Shown here: positions 63,657 to 64,000 of the stretch, piece after piece
Layout of the letters: each line of letters opens with the position of its first letter
Numbering within the stretch: position 1 is the stretch's first letter
NCBI GenBank assembly: GCA_965203295.1
Contig: CBDBCZ010000017.1
Location: forward strand, 1,696,001 to 1,760,000
Source of the DNA: Nitrospirales bacterium
Lineage (GTDB): Bacteria > Nitrospirota > Nitrospiria > Nitrospirales > UBA8639
DNA: 64,000 nucleotides
Reading direction: 5' to 3'
The notes under the pieces: model-generated
Told to the model about the DNA's origin: nothing
Seen by the model: the letters and a program-made list of their open reading frames with translations, nothing else
Database searches by the model: none
Program-made: the position numbers and the translations under genes

Positions 63657-64000
63657 GTAAGCTATATACCCCACGCATAGACAGTGGATTAAGCTCTTTG
63701 TGTCTCTGTCTGTCTGTTTAGTGAAAATTAAAGTCTGAACATTTACAGGGTTAAGTGATTTTTAATGTGCATGCCAGAATAGAGATTGTATTGATTCATG
63801 TACAAAGCAGCTCACCATTCTGGGTATGATTAAAGCTTACGAGTACTTACGCTCGCTCGCACGACTACTTGTGCTTGATGAACTCGCTTACTTCGCTCAC
63901 TCTGTACTAAAAGGAATGAAAAATTGCCACCTCCATGCGATTTGTATGGAACATTATAGCATCTGCCAATGGCAGTAGTGCTGCTGACTGCATGAGCCAC

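Overview
Eukaryotic (animal) genomic DNA with GT-AG introns and dense transposon relics. The protein architectures and repeat types suggest a demosponge, but that is inference. Exon models were threaded by eye from splice signals and reading frame. (1) 27767-63656+ (+): a large modular gene. It has an N-terminal death-fold/CARD-like exon and a ~240-aa DED-like/uncharacterised domain exon, followed by duplicated phase-0 cassette exons, including 11 single-ankyrin-repeat exons (96-99 bp) generated by nested segmental duplications. Substitutions between copies concentrate at ankyrin binding-surface positions. (2) 7209-14916 (+): a decayed, intron-split cluster missed by the ORF track. A C14orf93/DUF4616-like gene is followed by the C-terminal half of a USP (C19) deubiquitinase and a Ulp1/SENP (C48) protease domain with all catalytic residues present. 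It may be the cargo of a large DNA transposon. (3) Three different TA-flanked TIR elements each carry a HIRAN-like fragment. (4) Other relics include a DIRS retrotransposon with a nested solo LTR, a Penelope-like RT, a 5'-truncated LINE, CRE-like, Crypton-like, piggyBac and Helentron-like fragments, many MITEs, and tandem arrays of 37, 123, 36 and 199 bp. No rRNA, tRNA or CRISPR array was recognised.
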